Shown piece by piece: positions 1-9,800 of a stretch of DNA of 64,000 bases. Location of the stretch: positions 20,368-84,367 of the IMG/VR virus record IMGVR_UViG_3300037851_000538; one strand, written 5' to 3'. The translations under genes were made by a program, and so were the position numbers. The first letter of the stretch is position 1. Each line of letters opens with the position of its first letter. A model generated the notes under the pieces. The model had not been told where the DNA came from, did not search any database, and saw only the letters and a list, made by a program, of their open reading frames with translations. This stretch comes from a virus.

Positions 1-1
1 G

Positions 2-2239
2 AACCTGGCAGGGAGAATATCTCGTGCTGGTTCTTCGGCTTCTACGATTCCGGGTAGGGTAGTTGGTAAAAACATTGGCGAGGCCGCTAAAGAGAGCTTG
101 AGGCCGGCAAAACAGGAGCTTGAAGACTTAAGCCGGCAGGCCCAAGAAGAGCTGGACAATTTTACTCAGCAGGTTCGTAAGTCAATAAACGATTTGGGGT
201 CAGAGGCTAGAGATCAGATTAACGAGTTTGGGTCTCTTAGCGAGGACGCAGTCAGGGGGGCTGGCGATGTTGTTTCCAACGAAGTCGTTAGGCATCTTGT
301 GGGGTTTACCAAGCAGGTAGCTCCTGGAATGGCCGCTGGGGCGGTGTCTGGGGGTTTGGGCGGTTGGTCGCACGATGACCCTAGGCTTGGGGCTGGCCGA
401 GGTCTTATTGCAGGCGGTATTGGTGGTCTGGGTGGTAGGGCTTTGGGGCCCGGCATGGTTCGTTCCGCTATCGGCGGTGGACTTTTGGGAGGAGCAGCTG
501 GTACCTTCTTTGGGAAAGACAAGTCTGAAGTACAGGAAGCTCCTAAGGGTAAAAACATGTCATCCAAGAACAAGTACGCTGGCGTTACTTTAGACTGGTA
601 CGACGATGAAGGGGAAACTCTGAAGGCGGTGTTTCCTACGTTGAACGACGTCCCAGAGGTCATCAAGACGGCGTCTATCAGACCCAAGAGCTCTTTGTCT
701 TCTGAAGACTTTGCTCTCGTAATGATTGACGGTGGTACGGCGTTTCATAAGTACGCCTGCTATGATCCTGGTACTACAGCAATGTCCATGATCTACCTTG
801 CGGAGCATGGAGACAAGCTTCCAGAAGATGCTCAGAAGACAGCGTCGGCTAACATACTAACCGCCTGTGAAAAATACGGCCTTACGAAAGAGGCAATTAT
901 AGGCCCCGCTATGTCTTTAAGTTTTGCAGGCATTCCTGACGTAGTTGGGTATGTTTTGGGGAATTCGCATGGTAGGGAGGATTATCGTGCAGGCAGACAA
1001 AGACCTCACGGTGTAAGAGCAGTAGATGCGGCGGGGGGCTTAATAGTACCTGGGTACATTGGTTATCAGCTCGGGTACCGATCTGGTTATGACGAGCTTA
1101 AAGACCTAGAAAAGAAAAATCTTGAGAAGGACAATAGATTTTCGGGCTCTACGGAAGAGGACGCTCTAAGAGCGGTCGTTATGTCGGATCTTAGAGAAGG
1201 AAAAGCCGTAGGTGCTTCTAAGTCCCAGCAAAGAAAAGAGTACGAAGCGTTTAGTAAAAACCCAGAAACTTTGGGCGTGGATTCAGAAAAAACATCGAGC
1301 GCCTTTGTAGATGTTACCGGTAAGAGCCCTGCCTTTGTTATTAAGGCAGCCAGTCCTTCTGACCCAAACGACTACGCGGTGGTTCTTTCAGACGGTACGA
1401 GAAAATACCCTATCCATACGTGGGATATGGTGAAGACCGCTGAGGCCTACTTCAAAGAAAATTCCGTACGGATGGAGGCTCCGATACGTCGGCACTTTGC
1501 CGTAAAGCTGGCGTCTAAGGCGGAGTCAATGGGCTATCCTATTGACCCGGACATTAGGGTACGGGGGTCCAGTTCTTACGCCGATAGCGGGCGTCTTCGT
1601 TCGGCATTAGATATGCGTAAGCTATCTTTTTCCAAGAACAGCCCGGAGTCTGGTTTCCTGGATGAGCTGTTTGAGAAAAGGGCAGAAGTATCTCCGTTTG
1701 TTTACTCCGAGTGCCTTCGCAGGTTCGACTTGGAGAACGGGCTTGATCGTCATTGGGACGTGAACATTCCAGACCCTTGGGCGTCCACCTTTGGGATCAA
1801 GACCGCTTCGGTAGTTTGGGAAGACGGCGCGGATCGTGTTACGGAAGAGGAACTTAATAACCTCTCGTTGAATCATAGCGAGCTCAATCAAACAGCATTT
1901 ACTCCGGAGATGGTTAGAGAGTTTCAAAAAGATCCGGTTGGAGTGTTTCAGTCTCTCCCCTTGCCTCAGAAAAGAATGCTGGCTCGTTTGGCGGCTGACT
2001 GTGCCAATGGTGGGGAATCAGAGGGTGGTACCAAATCTGCTGGGGTTTTTGGTAAGGTTATGTCGAAGAGTCTGAGCCAGGGGGCAAAACCTAGGGGGAC
2101 GTTTTACGGGAGAACGGTTTCCGCGGACCCAGAGGTTCAGGCCTTTCTGAAGTCTCCTTATGTTGCCGGCGCCAAGCCCTCTGTTGCCAAGAGGCCGTCT
2201 TCTGATGTTTGGGCTATGCTTCATCCTCAAAAGGTCTAG
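2..2239 (+). CDS. Putative virion/head-associated modular protein (5'-truncated at window edge), with glycine-zipper segments and K-x-A/S junctions
   Basis: The frame is open from base 2 (NLAGRISRAG...). It contains GxxxG-rich segments (GAVSGGLGG, GGGLLGGAAG) and motifs TKQV, IKTAS, QKTAS, TKEA, EKTSS, KAAS, KTAE, KLAS, TKSA. A possible internal start lies at ATG ~557 (MSSKNKY). Confidence 0.6.
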   Translation, partial: NLAGRISRAGSSASTIPGRVVGKNIGEAAKESLRPAKQELEDLSRQAQEELDNFTQQVRKSINDLGSEARDQINEFGSLSEDAVRGAGDVVSNEVVRHLVGFTKQVAPGMAAGAVSGGLGGWSHDDPRLGAGRGLIAGGIGGLGGRALGPGMVRSAIGGGLLGGAAGTFFGKDKSEVQEAPKGKNMSSKNKYAGVTLDWYDDEGETLKAVFPTLNDVPEVIKTASIRPKSSLSSEDFALVMIDGGTAFHKYACYDPGTTAMSMIYLAEHGDKLPEDAQKTASANILTACEKYGLTKEAIIGPAMSLSFAGIPDVVGYVLGNSHGREDYRAGRQRPHGVRAVDAAGGLIVPGYIGYQLGYRSGYDELKDLEKKNLEKDNRFSGSTEEDALRAVVMSDLREGKAVGASKSQQRKEYEAFSKNPETLGVDSEKTSSAFVDVTGKSPAFVIKAASPSDPNDYAVVLSDGTRKYPIHTWDMVKTAEAYFKENSVRMEAPIRRHFAVKLASKAESMGYPIDPDIRVRGSSSYADSGRLRSALDMRKLSFSKNSPESGFLDELFEKRAEVSPFVYSECLRRFDLENGLDRHWDVNIPDPWASTFGIKTASVVWEDGADRVTEEELNNLSLNHSELNQTAFTPEMVREFQKDPVGVFQSLPLPQKRMLARLAADCANGGESEGGTKSAGVFGKVMSKSLSQGAKPRGTFYGRTVSADPEVQAFLKSPYVAGAKPSVAKRPSSDVWAMLHPQKV

Positions 2240-2244
2240 AAGTA

Positions 2245-3117
2245 ATGTCCTCGAATTTGAAATGGGGGGTAGATCTGACAACGCTCCCCGCCAAAGTCGC
2301 TTCGTCTAAAGAGCCCATTGTCCGGTTCTTTGGGTATCACGATGCCCATCCGGTGGCCTTGGTGATGAGTTTATTAGGGCAGTTCGACACCGACTGGGTT
2401 GATTGGGAGCCAGACACTCTAAGAAAAGAAATCCTAACCACGTTTGAGGCTCCTTCCATAAGCCCGCACAATTGGGAGAAGATACAGGCGGCCAGAACCC
2501 TGATGACCGCCTCTACCTATTGGAATGAGTGGCACGTCTTCGAGAAAATAAACCAGGCCCTTAACAACAACATCCCAGTGTTCGATATCTCTCAAAGGTG
2601 CACTGTAGCTCAGTTGATGGCTGGGGTAGACATAGCGTCTCAAATACGAGAAGAACCCTTTGATGAGGACGAGGTAGGTAGATATATAGCATGTTGCGCC
2701 CTTGACGAGTTTATTGTGTATCTTCCTCCGCCCATCGACTTTGCTCAGAAGTATTTGAGCCAGCCGATGTACCGATGCAAGATATGCGGAAACGTAGATA
2801 ACGACGACCTGGACGGTAGGTGTGATTTTTGCACAGCTCGGTTTCAAGACGAGCACCCACTTAACTTCAAGCCGTCTGTCCACGTTTCGGATTCTGCGGG
2901 GACCGAGGTGGAGCGGTTTTTAATGCGCGACCACCTCCCGTCCAAACTACGCTTCGACGAGGTTATCTCTCGTGGGGTCAATTCGGTTAAGCTTAGTGAC
3001 GAGTCTCCAGAAGACGTTCAGGCCTTAAAGCTGTTTGTTGCTCACAGCTACATGCAAATGCGAAGATCTCAGCTTGTGGAGCAGTTGGAGGAGATAAAAT
3101 CGTGGGTAGCCCATTAA
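2245..3117 (+). CDS. Hypothetical protein with CxxC...CxxC zinc ribbon
   Basis: ORF with ATG at 2245; CKIC...CDFC; N-terminal KVAS motif. Confidence 0.65.
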   Translation: MSSNLKWGVDLTTLPAKVASSKEPIVRFFGYHDAHPVALVMSLLGQFDTDWVDWEPDTLRKEILTTFEAPSISPHNWEKIQAARTLMTASTYWNEWHVFEKINQALNNNIPVFDISQRCTVAQLMAGVDIASQIREEPFDEDEVGRYIACCALDEFIVYLPPPIDFAQKYLSQPMYRCKICGNVDNDDLDGRCDFCTARFQDEHPLNFKPSVHVSDSAGTEVERFLMRDHLPSKLRFDEVISRGVNSVKLSDESPEDVQALKLFVAHSYMQMRRSQLVEQLEEIKSWVAH

Positions 3118-3833
3118 GCCAGGTGGTTCTCAGAGCTTTTGTGGACGAGATGCAGAGCATTGAAAAATCTGCGGGACCTATCAGCTACTTTAAGAACTGG
3201 GCGAACAAGCTTCCTCAAGAGATAGGTACCGCGGCCGACAGACTTATCCACCCCATTAGGGGGGTTAGAGAGGGGTGGAAAGAGCTTAGCGGAACTGCCC
3301 ACGCGGCTTCTTTATCTCCTGAGGAGAAGGCCAATCTAGTCTCTAGGGGTTCTGGACATCTTTTTCAGCCGTCTGTGCCCTTGTCCCAGGCCGCTAGGTC
3401 TCCAAACCGCGTTAGTTCTGTTGCCGAGGAGCTATCTCGTCGTGGATGGACGGGGCAGGGAAAGATCACCAAGTATCTTCCAGTGGGGCAAAAAGGACTT
3501 ACGGTAGGGCTTGGTGGCGGATTTGCAGTTCCCTCTGTGTATGAAGCGTACAAACAGGGCCCTGTAGGTCCTACAGGGGAAGGTGGATTAGCAGAGCGAG
3601 GTCTAGGAGAACTGGCCGGTAACGCTGCCTTCATCGCGGCCGGGAAGATGGGTATTGCCCCGGCCCTGGCAATGCATGCTTTGGGTTCTGGCGTGGCTGG
3701 GAAAGCTGGACGTGTTATAGACCGATTAAGAGGTGGCGCTTCGTTGCGTCAAGCCTTGTATGCCCCGTCTCCTGTAGAAGCTCAGGAGCAGATAGCGAAC
3801 ATCGCGGAGAACTATAGTTATGGCAATGCTTGA
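3102..3833 (+). CDS. Putative virion cargo protein with FxDE leader and glycine zippers
   Basis: Leader LRAFVDEMQSIEKSA followed by Gly/Ala-rich hydrophobic segments. Confidence 0.6.
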   Translation: MGSPLSQVVLRAFVDEMQSIEKSAGPISYFKNWANKLPQEIGTAADRLIHPIRGVREGWKELSGTAHAASLSPEEKANLVSRGSGHLFQPSVPLSQAARSPNRVSSVAEELSRRGWTGQGKITKYLPVGQKGLTVGLGGGFAVPSVYEAYKQGPVGPTGEGGLAERGLGELAGNAAFIAAGKMGIAPALAMHALGSGVAGKAGRVIDRLRGGASLRQALYAPSPVEAQEQIANIAENYSYGNA

Positions 3834-5796
3834 TGCATTGAACTTCGGGCCCAGCGGGGCTCTTAGGTTCTCTAGAAATACAGGACGCTCTTTAACCGGG
3901 GAAGGTCTTGGGGCCATAAGGTACCCATCCCCGTTTTTCGACATAGCCCAAACGTACCTGCCCACATCGTTCAAAACGATGCTCAGGTGGTGCCGTTACT
4001 ACTTTCTCACTAACCCCTTAATCAACGCTGTCTGCTATAAGATGGCGGAGTATCCCGTAACTGACCTGATATTCGATTCCAAGAGCACGCACGACAACGA
4101 GCGCTGGCGGGTATTCTTTAACGAGGTTTTACACTTTAAGAAGTTTGAAGTGGAAATGGGGTTAGACTACAATTGCTACGGTAATTCTTTTGTTAGCATC
4201 TATTTCCCATTTCATAAGATGCTGTCTTGCAAGAAGTGCGGACACGCTCGTGACGTTAGAAAGCAGAAGTACATATTCAGAGAGTATAAGTTCGTTGGAG
4301 AGTGCGAGCGCTGTAAGAGCTACGGTGAGTTCGATGTTAGGGACCATTACGTACAGTCCGCTAAGCAGATACGACTTATTAGGTGGAACCCTGAGTACAT
4401 CACTATAGAACACAACGAGGCCACGGAAGAGAGCCGCTACTACTACGTCATACCCCCCTCTCTGGCCAACGACGTTCGCATGGCCAAGCGCCACGTCATA
4501 GAGACTATTCCGCAGGCCTTTATTGAAGCCCTACGACAGAACAAGGCGCTTCTTTTTAGTCGAAGCAACATTTACCACATGGCCCGCCCCACAATCGCTC
4601 AGAAGGATCGCGGTTGGGGTATGCCGATGATTCTTCCTGTGCTCAAAGACACCTTCTACCTACAGGTACTTCGTAAGGCTCAGGAGGCTATCGCGATTGA
4701 GCATGTAGTTCCTTTGAGGCTCTTGTTCCCTCAAACGTCTTCCGCAAGTGCCGACGTTTACAGTTCCATCAATTTATCCCAATGGAGAGATAAGGTTGAG
4801 CAGGAGCTGATTCGTTGGAGGCTGGATAACAACTACATACCGATTCTTCCTGTCCCTATTGGTCAGCAGACTCTAGGTGGTGATGGTAGAGCTTTAATGC
4901 TGGCTCAAGAGTATCGTCAGTGGTCAGAGCACATTGTTTCTGGAATGGGAGCACCCGTTGAGTTCATCTTTGGTGGTCTTAGTTTTTCTGGGTCGAACGT
5001 GTCTTTGAGAATGCTGGAAAACCATTTTCTAGACGTTAAGTCCTTCCGCCTTCGTTTGGTTACCGAGTTCTTGATGCCTCAGATAGGCGCGTTTATGGGG
5101 TGGGAGCCTGTTCCGTGCCACTACAAGCGTTTTAGGATGGCGGACGACCTTCAGCGTAGTGCTCTGTTCCTTCAGTACAATCAGGCTGGGAAGATCTCCG
5201 ACCGGTCTCTGTTAGAGGACACTGATTGGGATTCTGAAAAGGAGATGGAGCTCATCGAGCTCGAGCGTCGAGCGGTTCTGGAAAGTCAGAGGAGGCAGGC
5301 TCTGTCGCAGGCGGCAATACAGGGCGAGTCTCAGCTCATCATGTCTAAGTATCAGACTAGGGCTCAAAAGGTTATGCAAGAGATGATGGCCCCGCCGCCG
5401 CCCCCACAAGAGATGCAGGCTACAGACCCGGGGGCGGTTCCCGCAGAAGCCAGCCCTGCCCCGACCATGGAAATACCTCCTGGTCCTTTGGAGGACCCAA
5501 GCCAGGCACAGAACCAAGACTCTATTCAGTCTCAACTTCAATCACAGATAGGTCAAGCTCCTGCAGGAGGGTATGACGTGATGATGCTGGCTAACAAAAT
5601 AGTTAGCTGGTTGAATCAACTTCCGGACCACGAAAAGGCCCGAGAGCTGTCTGCCATGCAGGCTAACAACCCGCATTTGTATAGCATCATACTTCCTATG
5701 CTTCAGGCGTCGTCAGGAGCTGAAAGAAGTTCGGCAGCCATGCCTCTTCCGGAACAAAAACCCCCTAGAAGGGGCCCGGAGTCTGCTTTGGTCTAA
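3820..5796 (+). CDS. Probable portal protein with inserted zinc ribbon and Pro/Gln-rich tail
   Basis: 658 aa. N-terminal 'RYYFLTNPLINAVCYKMAEYPV', 'DYNCYGNSFV', 'IRWNPEYI', 'IYHM...GWGMPMI' and 'IVSGMGAPVEFI' follow a portal-like layout; CKKC/CERC insert; structural gene context. Confidence 0.7.
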   Translation: MAMLDALNFGPSGALRFSRNTGRSLTGEGLGAIRYPSPFFDIAQTYLPTSFKTMLRWCRYYFLTNPLINAVCYKMAEYPVTDLIFDSKSTHDNERWRVFFNEVLHFKKFEVEMGLDYNCYGNSFVSIYFPFHKMLSCKKCGHARDVRKQKYIFREYKFVGECERCKSYGEFDVRDHYVQSAKQIRLIRWNPEYITIEHNEATEESRYYYVIPPSLANDVRMAKRHVIETIPQAFIEALRQNKALLFSRSNIYHMARPTIAQKDRGWGMPMILPVLKDTFYLQVLRKAQEAIAIEHVVPLRLLFPQTSSASADVYSSINLSQWRDKVEQELIRWRLDNNYIPILPVPIGQQTLGGDGRALMLAQEYRQWSEHIVSGMGAPVEFIFGGLSFSGSNVSLRMLENHFLDVKSFRLRLVTEFLMPQIGAFMGWEPVPCHYKRFRMADDLQRSALFLQYNQAGKISDRSLLEDTDWDSEKEMELIELERRAVLESQRRQALSQAAIQGESQLIMSKYQTRAQKVMQEMMAPPPPPQEMQATDPGAVPAEASPAPTMEIPPGPLEDPSQAQNQDSIQSQLQSQIGQAPAGGYDVMMLANKIVSWLNQLPDHEKARELSAMQANNPHLYSIILPMLQASSGAERSSAAMPLPEQKPPRRGPESALV

Positions 5797-5801
5797 GAGC
5801 T

Positions 5802-5835
5802 AAAAAAGAGGGTCCTAGAGCTAGTAGGACCCTCT
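5802..5835 (-). terminator. Intrinsic terminator between convergent genes
   Basis: 11-bp stem AGAGGGTCCTA (5807-5817) / TAGGACCCTCT (5825-5835), with an A6 run upstream that reads as a U tract on the minus strand. Confidence 0.8.
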
Positions 5836-5843
5836 CTGGAACG

Positions 5844-6080
5844 TCACAGGAACTTTTTCTGCAGACGCCTTTTGCACGCTGGGCATACTTCCTTGTACAG
5901 AAGGTTGCACTCGCGTCTAAAGCGCCTATCCGCTTCTAAAGTTATCCTGTCCTCGAATCCCAGGAACTCTTTTAGATGTTCCATGGAGCAGAAGGACCGT
6001 TCCTTTCTGGAGTCTCCTTCTCTTAATGTGACTACGTCTTCTCCGCAGGCTAGCCCACAGTAGTCACAAGTTTGGATCAT
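5844..6080 (-). CDS. Small Cys-rich (TRASH/YHS-like) metal-binding protein
   Basis: ATG 6080 with AGGA SD; CDYC...FCSMEHL...CPAC. Confidence 0.6.
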   Translation of the reverse strand: MIQTCDYCGLACGEDVVTLREGDSRKERSFCSMEHLKEFLGFEDRITLEADRRFRRECNLLYKEVCPACKRRLQKKFL

Positions 6081-6093
6081 GCCTAATCCTTTT

Positions 6094-6585
6094 TTAGAAG
6101 TCGTCGGCATGTCCAAGATTCCAAAGAGGGAGTCCCCAGATGTCACACGCACAAGCAAAGTGCGCGTGCGCAAAGGAGTCCGGACAAAATACGCTGTCCG
6201 GCCCTTTACCTGTCTTATTTTTCTTGATGTACCCCCACTCGAACCGTATTACTGATTCGGAGAGGTAAGAATCCCGAGGGACGAACTGCTGCTTGCACAA
6301 TTCGCAGCAATCTACGCTGAGCTCGTCCAGGTACAGGCCTGCTGATTCAGAACATGCACGGCAGACCCATTTTATGAAGGTCCTATCCTCAAAAGACCCC
6401 TCGCCTTCGTCCGGGTAGAAGACGACATCGTCCTTCTCGTATTGGACCCCACCTATGGTTATCTTGAAGAGCTCGCTTTCCACTATGCCTTCATCACACA
6501 GAAGGCATATCCTCACTCCATCCTCCTGGTACCGAACAGAACCAGGGTACCTATGAAGGATGCCACTATTATTGTGACCACCCAC
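6094..6585 (-). CDS. Cys-rich hypothetical protein
   Basis: Several CxxC pairs and an HFAC motif; likely GTG start at 6585 next to the upstream stop. Confidence 0.6.
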   Translation of the reverse strand: MGGHNNSGILHRYPGSVRYQEDGVRICLLCDEGIVESELFKITIGGVQYEKDDVVFYPDEGEGSFEDRTFIKWVCRACSESAGLYLDELSVDCCELCKQQFVPRDSYLSESVIRFEWGYIKKNKTGKGPDSVFCPDSFAHAHFACACDIWGLPLWNLGHADDF

Positions 6586-6586
6586 A

Positions 6587-6730
6587 TCAGTTATCTTCTC
6601 TCTCTGTATTGTTCTCCCAGTATCCTGGGAGCTCATTCCCTATTTTTTCACAACAGTTGTGGGCATCGAGGTCGGCCATCTCGACCTCTACGTCTTCTCG
6701 TGGCTCCACTTGTGGCTCCATTTGATCCAA
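6587..6730 (-). CDS. 47-aa acidic peptide (not in ORF track)
   Basis: GGAGG SD then TTG; MDQMEPQVEPREDVEVEMADLDAHNCCEKIGNELPGYWENNTEREDN; its stop abuts the next start. Confidence 0.5.
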   Translation of the reverse strand: MDQMEPQVEPREDVEVEMADLDAHNCCEKIGNELPGYWENNTEREDN

Positions 6731-6769
6731 TTTCCTCCTGTTAGGTAACTAATAGCCAGCTCTTCAATA

Positions 6770-6780
6770 TTCTTATACCC
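6770..6780 (-). promoter_or_regulatory. GGTATAAGAA motif, putative phage promoter
   Basis: Upstream of the minus-strand 3-gene unit; the same motif precedes other non-structural units. Confidence 0.5.
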
Positions 6781-6782
6781 GA

Positions 6783-6811
6783 TTGATGTGCGTTTCTTTC
6801 CGAAGTAGGAT
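6783..6811 (+). promoter_or_regulatory. Sigma70-like promoter upstream of the RNAP gene
   Basis: TTGATG-N17-TAGGAT. Confidence 0.4.
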
Positions 6812-6863
6812 TCGGTCAAAATGCTCTCTGCATAGGCACTTTCAGGAAATCCAGGAGTTAGCT

Positions 6864-9800
6864 GTGGCTTATTACAATCCGACCGAGCCTTTCGAGACGA
6901 TGAAGAAGCGTTTGAGCGAGACGGTAAAATCTCAGTTTCCTGTTGAGGGTCGTCGGCACACGTTAAGAGCGTCTAAGGTCTGGATTGAGGACGATAAGGC
7001 GATCACGGATATCCATTCTCAAGAAGAGGCTAAGCTCAAGGAGAGGTCTTGGACTGTCCCCATGAAGGCTCATCTAGAGCTCGTGGACAAAGAGACAGGA
7101 AAGGTCAAGGACCAGAAAGTCGTAGTGCTGGGACAGCTGCCAAAGATAACTAATAGGTGGACTTACATCGTAGACGGACAAGAGCGCCAGATCGCGAACC
7201 AATTTCGTTTGCGCTCTGGGGTCTATACGCACGTCAGAGAAAACGGAGAACTAACCTCTCAATGGAACCTAGCCAAGGGTCTAGGATTCAATATGAATAT
7301 AGACCCGTCTTCAAAGATTATGTCTATCACTTTTACCAATAAGGCGTCTAAGATACCCATATACTCTGTTTTGAAACTTATGGGTGTTCCTGACTCGGAC
7401 ATTGAAAAGTCCTTGGGTAAGGCCTTTTATGAAGCTAACAAGAACGTAAAGTCCGACAAGGTCGAAGAACTGTACCGCGCATTTAAGGGAACCCCCCCTC
7501 CCTCTAAGGAAGAGGCTAGGAAGGTTGTTCTTCAAGAGTTCGAGCGCATGGCTCTTCTTCCGGACACTACTAAAGTTACGTTGGGCTCTTCTTTTGAAAA
7601 AGTAAACGGAAGCTCTTTGTTGGCTGGAGCCTCTAAGCTGTCCAAAGTGTTTCGTAAGGAAGAAGATCCAGACGATAGAGACTCTTTGGTGTTCAAAGAC
7701 CTATACTCGGCCGAAGACCTTTTAACGGAGCGCCTATCCAAAAAGAACGTAAAGGACATACAGAGGAAGATCCTCAACAACGTAGACAAGAAGTCTAGTG
7801 TTTCAGAGATCGTCCACCCTGATATTTTCGGCAAGCCTATTCGTCAGTTTTTCATTAGCCCTCTATCAGAGTTTCCAGACCAGCTTAATCCGATGAGCTA
7901 CCTGTCTGGTAATCGGAGAACAACCATTCTGAAAGAGCATGGCATATCGGACCCCGTAATGATTTCTTTGGGGGCCAAGGCCATTAACCCTTCCCATATA
8001 GGGTTTCTTGACCCAATCCAAACTCCTGAGTCGGAAGCCCTAGGAGCGACTTTGCAGCTTGCTTTGGGGGTTAGGAAATCAGGACACAAAGTCTATATAA
8101 AGCTCCGAAACGTCAAGACCGGAAAGTACGAAGAGGTGGACGCGGCCAAAGCGCTGGGGACTACTTTTGCCTTTCCTGACCAAGTAAAGAAGACAGATAA
8201 AGGCCTGTTTCCCGTAGACAAGCTTATCAAAGCGAGTGACAAAAAGGGTAACATCGTTATGGTAAAGCCCTCGGAGGTCACTCATGTTTTGGACTCTCCT
8301 AAGGCACTGTTCGATTTCTCATCTAACCTGATACCGTTCTTGCAGAACAATCAGGGCAATAGAGCTATGATGGCGTCAAAACAGCTCGAGCAGGCAATGC
8401 CCTTGAAGAATAGAGAGGAGCCTTTAATCCAGGTCAAAGAGGAGTCTGGTTCCACTTTTGAAAATATTCTGGGGCGTATAGCGGCCGCTCACGTTTCAAG
8501 AGTAGACGGGGTGGTTCAAAAGGTTACAGACAAGTCCATCTTTATCAAAGAAGACAAAACGGGTAAGCCCTATGAGGTAAAGCTCTACAACAATTTCCCC
8601 CTCAACAATGACAAGTCCTTAATACACTCTGAGCCTATAGTTAAGGTGGGGGACAAGGTTTCCAAAAACCAGCCGGTGGCCGATACCAACTTTTCCAAGA
8701 ACGGCACCATGGCTTTAGGCACTAATTTGAGAGTGGCCTATATGCCGTGGAGAGGCTATAACTTTGATGACGGAATAGTTATCTCTGAATCCGCTGCCAA
8801 GAAGTTGACCTCCACTCATCTGTTTAGGGAGCAGGTGGCGCAGGAGAAGAATGTCATTCTGGACAAGAAAAAACTTTTAGCACACGTCGGGGCTACGGTT
8901 TCCAAGTCGTCAACAGATAAGCTGGACGATAGGGGGGTGGTTCAAGTAGGGCAGACAGTCTATCCTGGAGATATTCTTATTGGGGCCTTGAAGCACGAAG
9001 AAATAACTCCAGAACAGCGCCAGCTGGCTGTGTTCTCAAAGAAGCTCATAAAGCCAGTGAAGCCCAACCTGGTGACTTGGGACCGAGAGGTTCCGGGAAC
9101 TGTAGTGCGCGTAGTCAAGCACGGTAAGAACACTACAGTATACGTGAGGGCGGACGAGCCTGCAGACGTTGGGGACAAGATAGTAGGTAGGTATGGAAAC
9201 AAGGGGGTAATAACAACAGTACTTCCAGACCATGAGATGCCGTTAGACCAAGAAGAAAAGCCCCTGGAGGTTCTTCTAAACCCGTCAGGGGTTCCTTCTC
9301 GTATCAACATGGGGCAGATACTAGAGACTGCTGCCTCTAAAATAGCTAGAAAGACTAACACTCCGTACGTGGTCAACAACTTTGACCAAGACATTCCGGA
9401 CTACACTAGACATTTGAAGGACGAACTTAAAAAGCACGGGTTATCGGACGTAGAGAATCTTAAAGACCCTTCTACGGGTAGGGTCTTTAAGGATGTTTTG
9501 GCCGGGGAGCAATACATACTTAAGCTGCACCACACCGCGGAGAAGAAGCTGTCTTCCAGGTCTAGAGATGCCTATGACTCTAATCTTATGCCTAGAGGTG
9601 GAGGGGATGCTAGCGGACAGAAGATGGACGCTATGGGCCTTTACGCATTATTGGCTCACAACGCGCGGTCAGTGATTCGTGAAGCCCAGACTCAAAAGAG
9701 TGAGCGTAACGACGATTACTGGGCTGCGTTGCAGGCTGGAGACTCCTTGCCGGCACCTAAAGTGCCCTTTGTTTTTAAGAAGTTTGAAGGTTACCTGAAA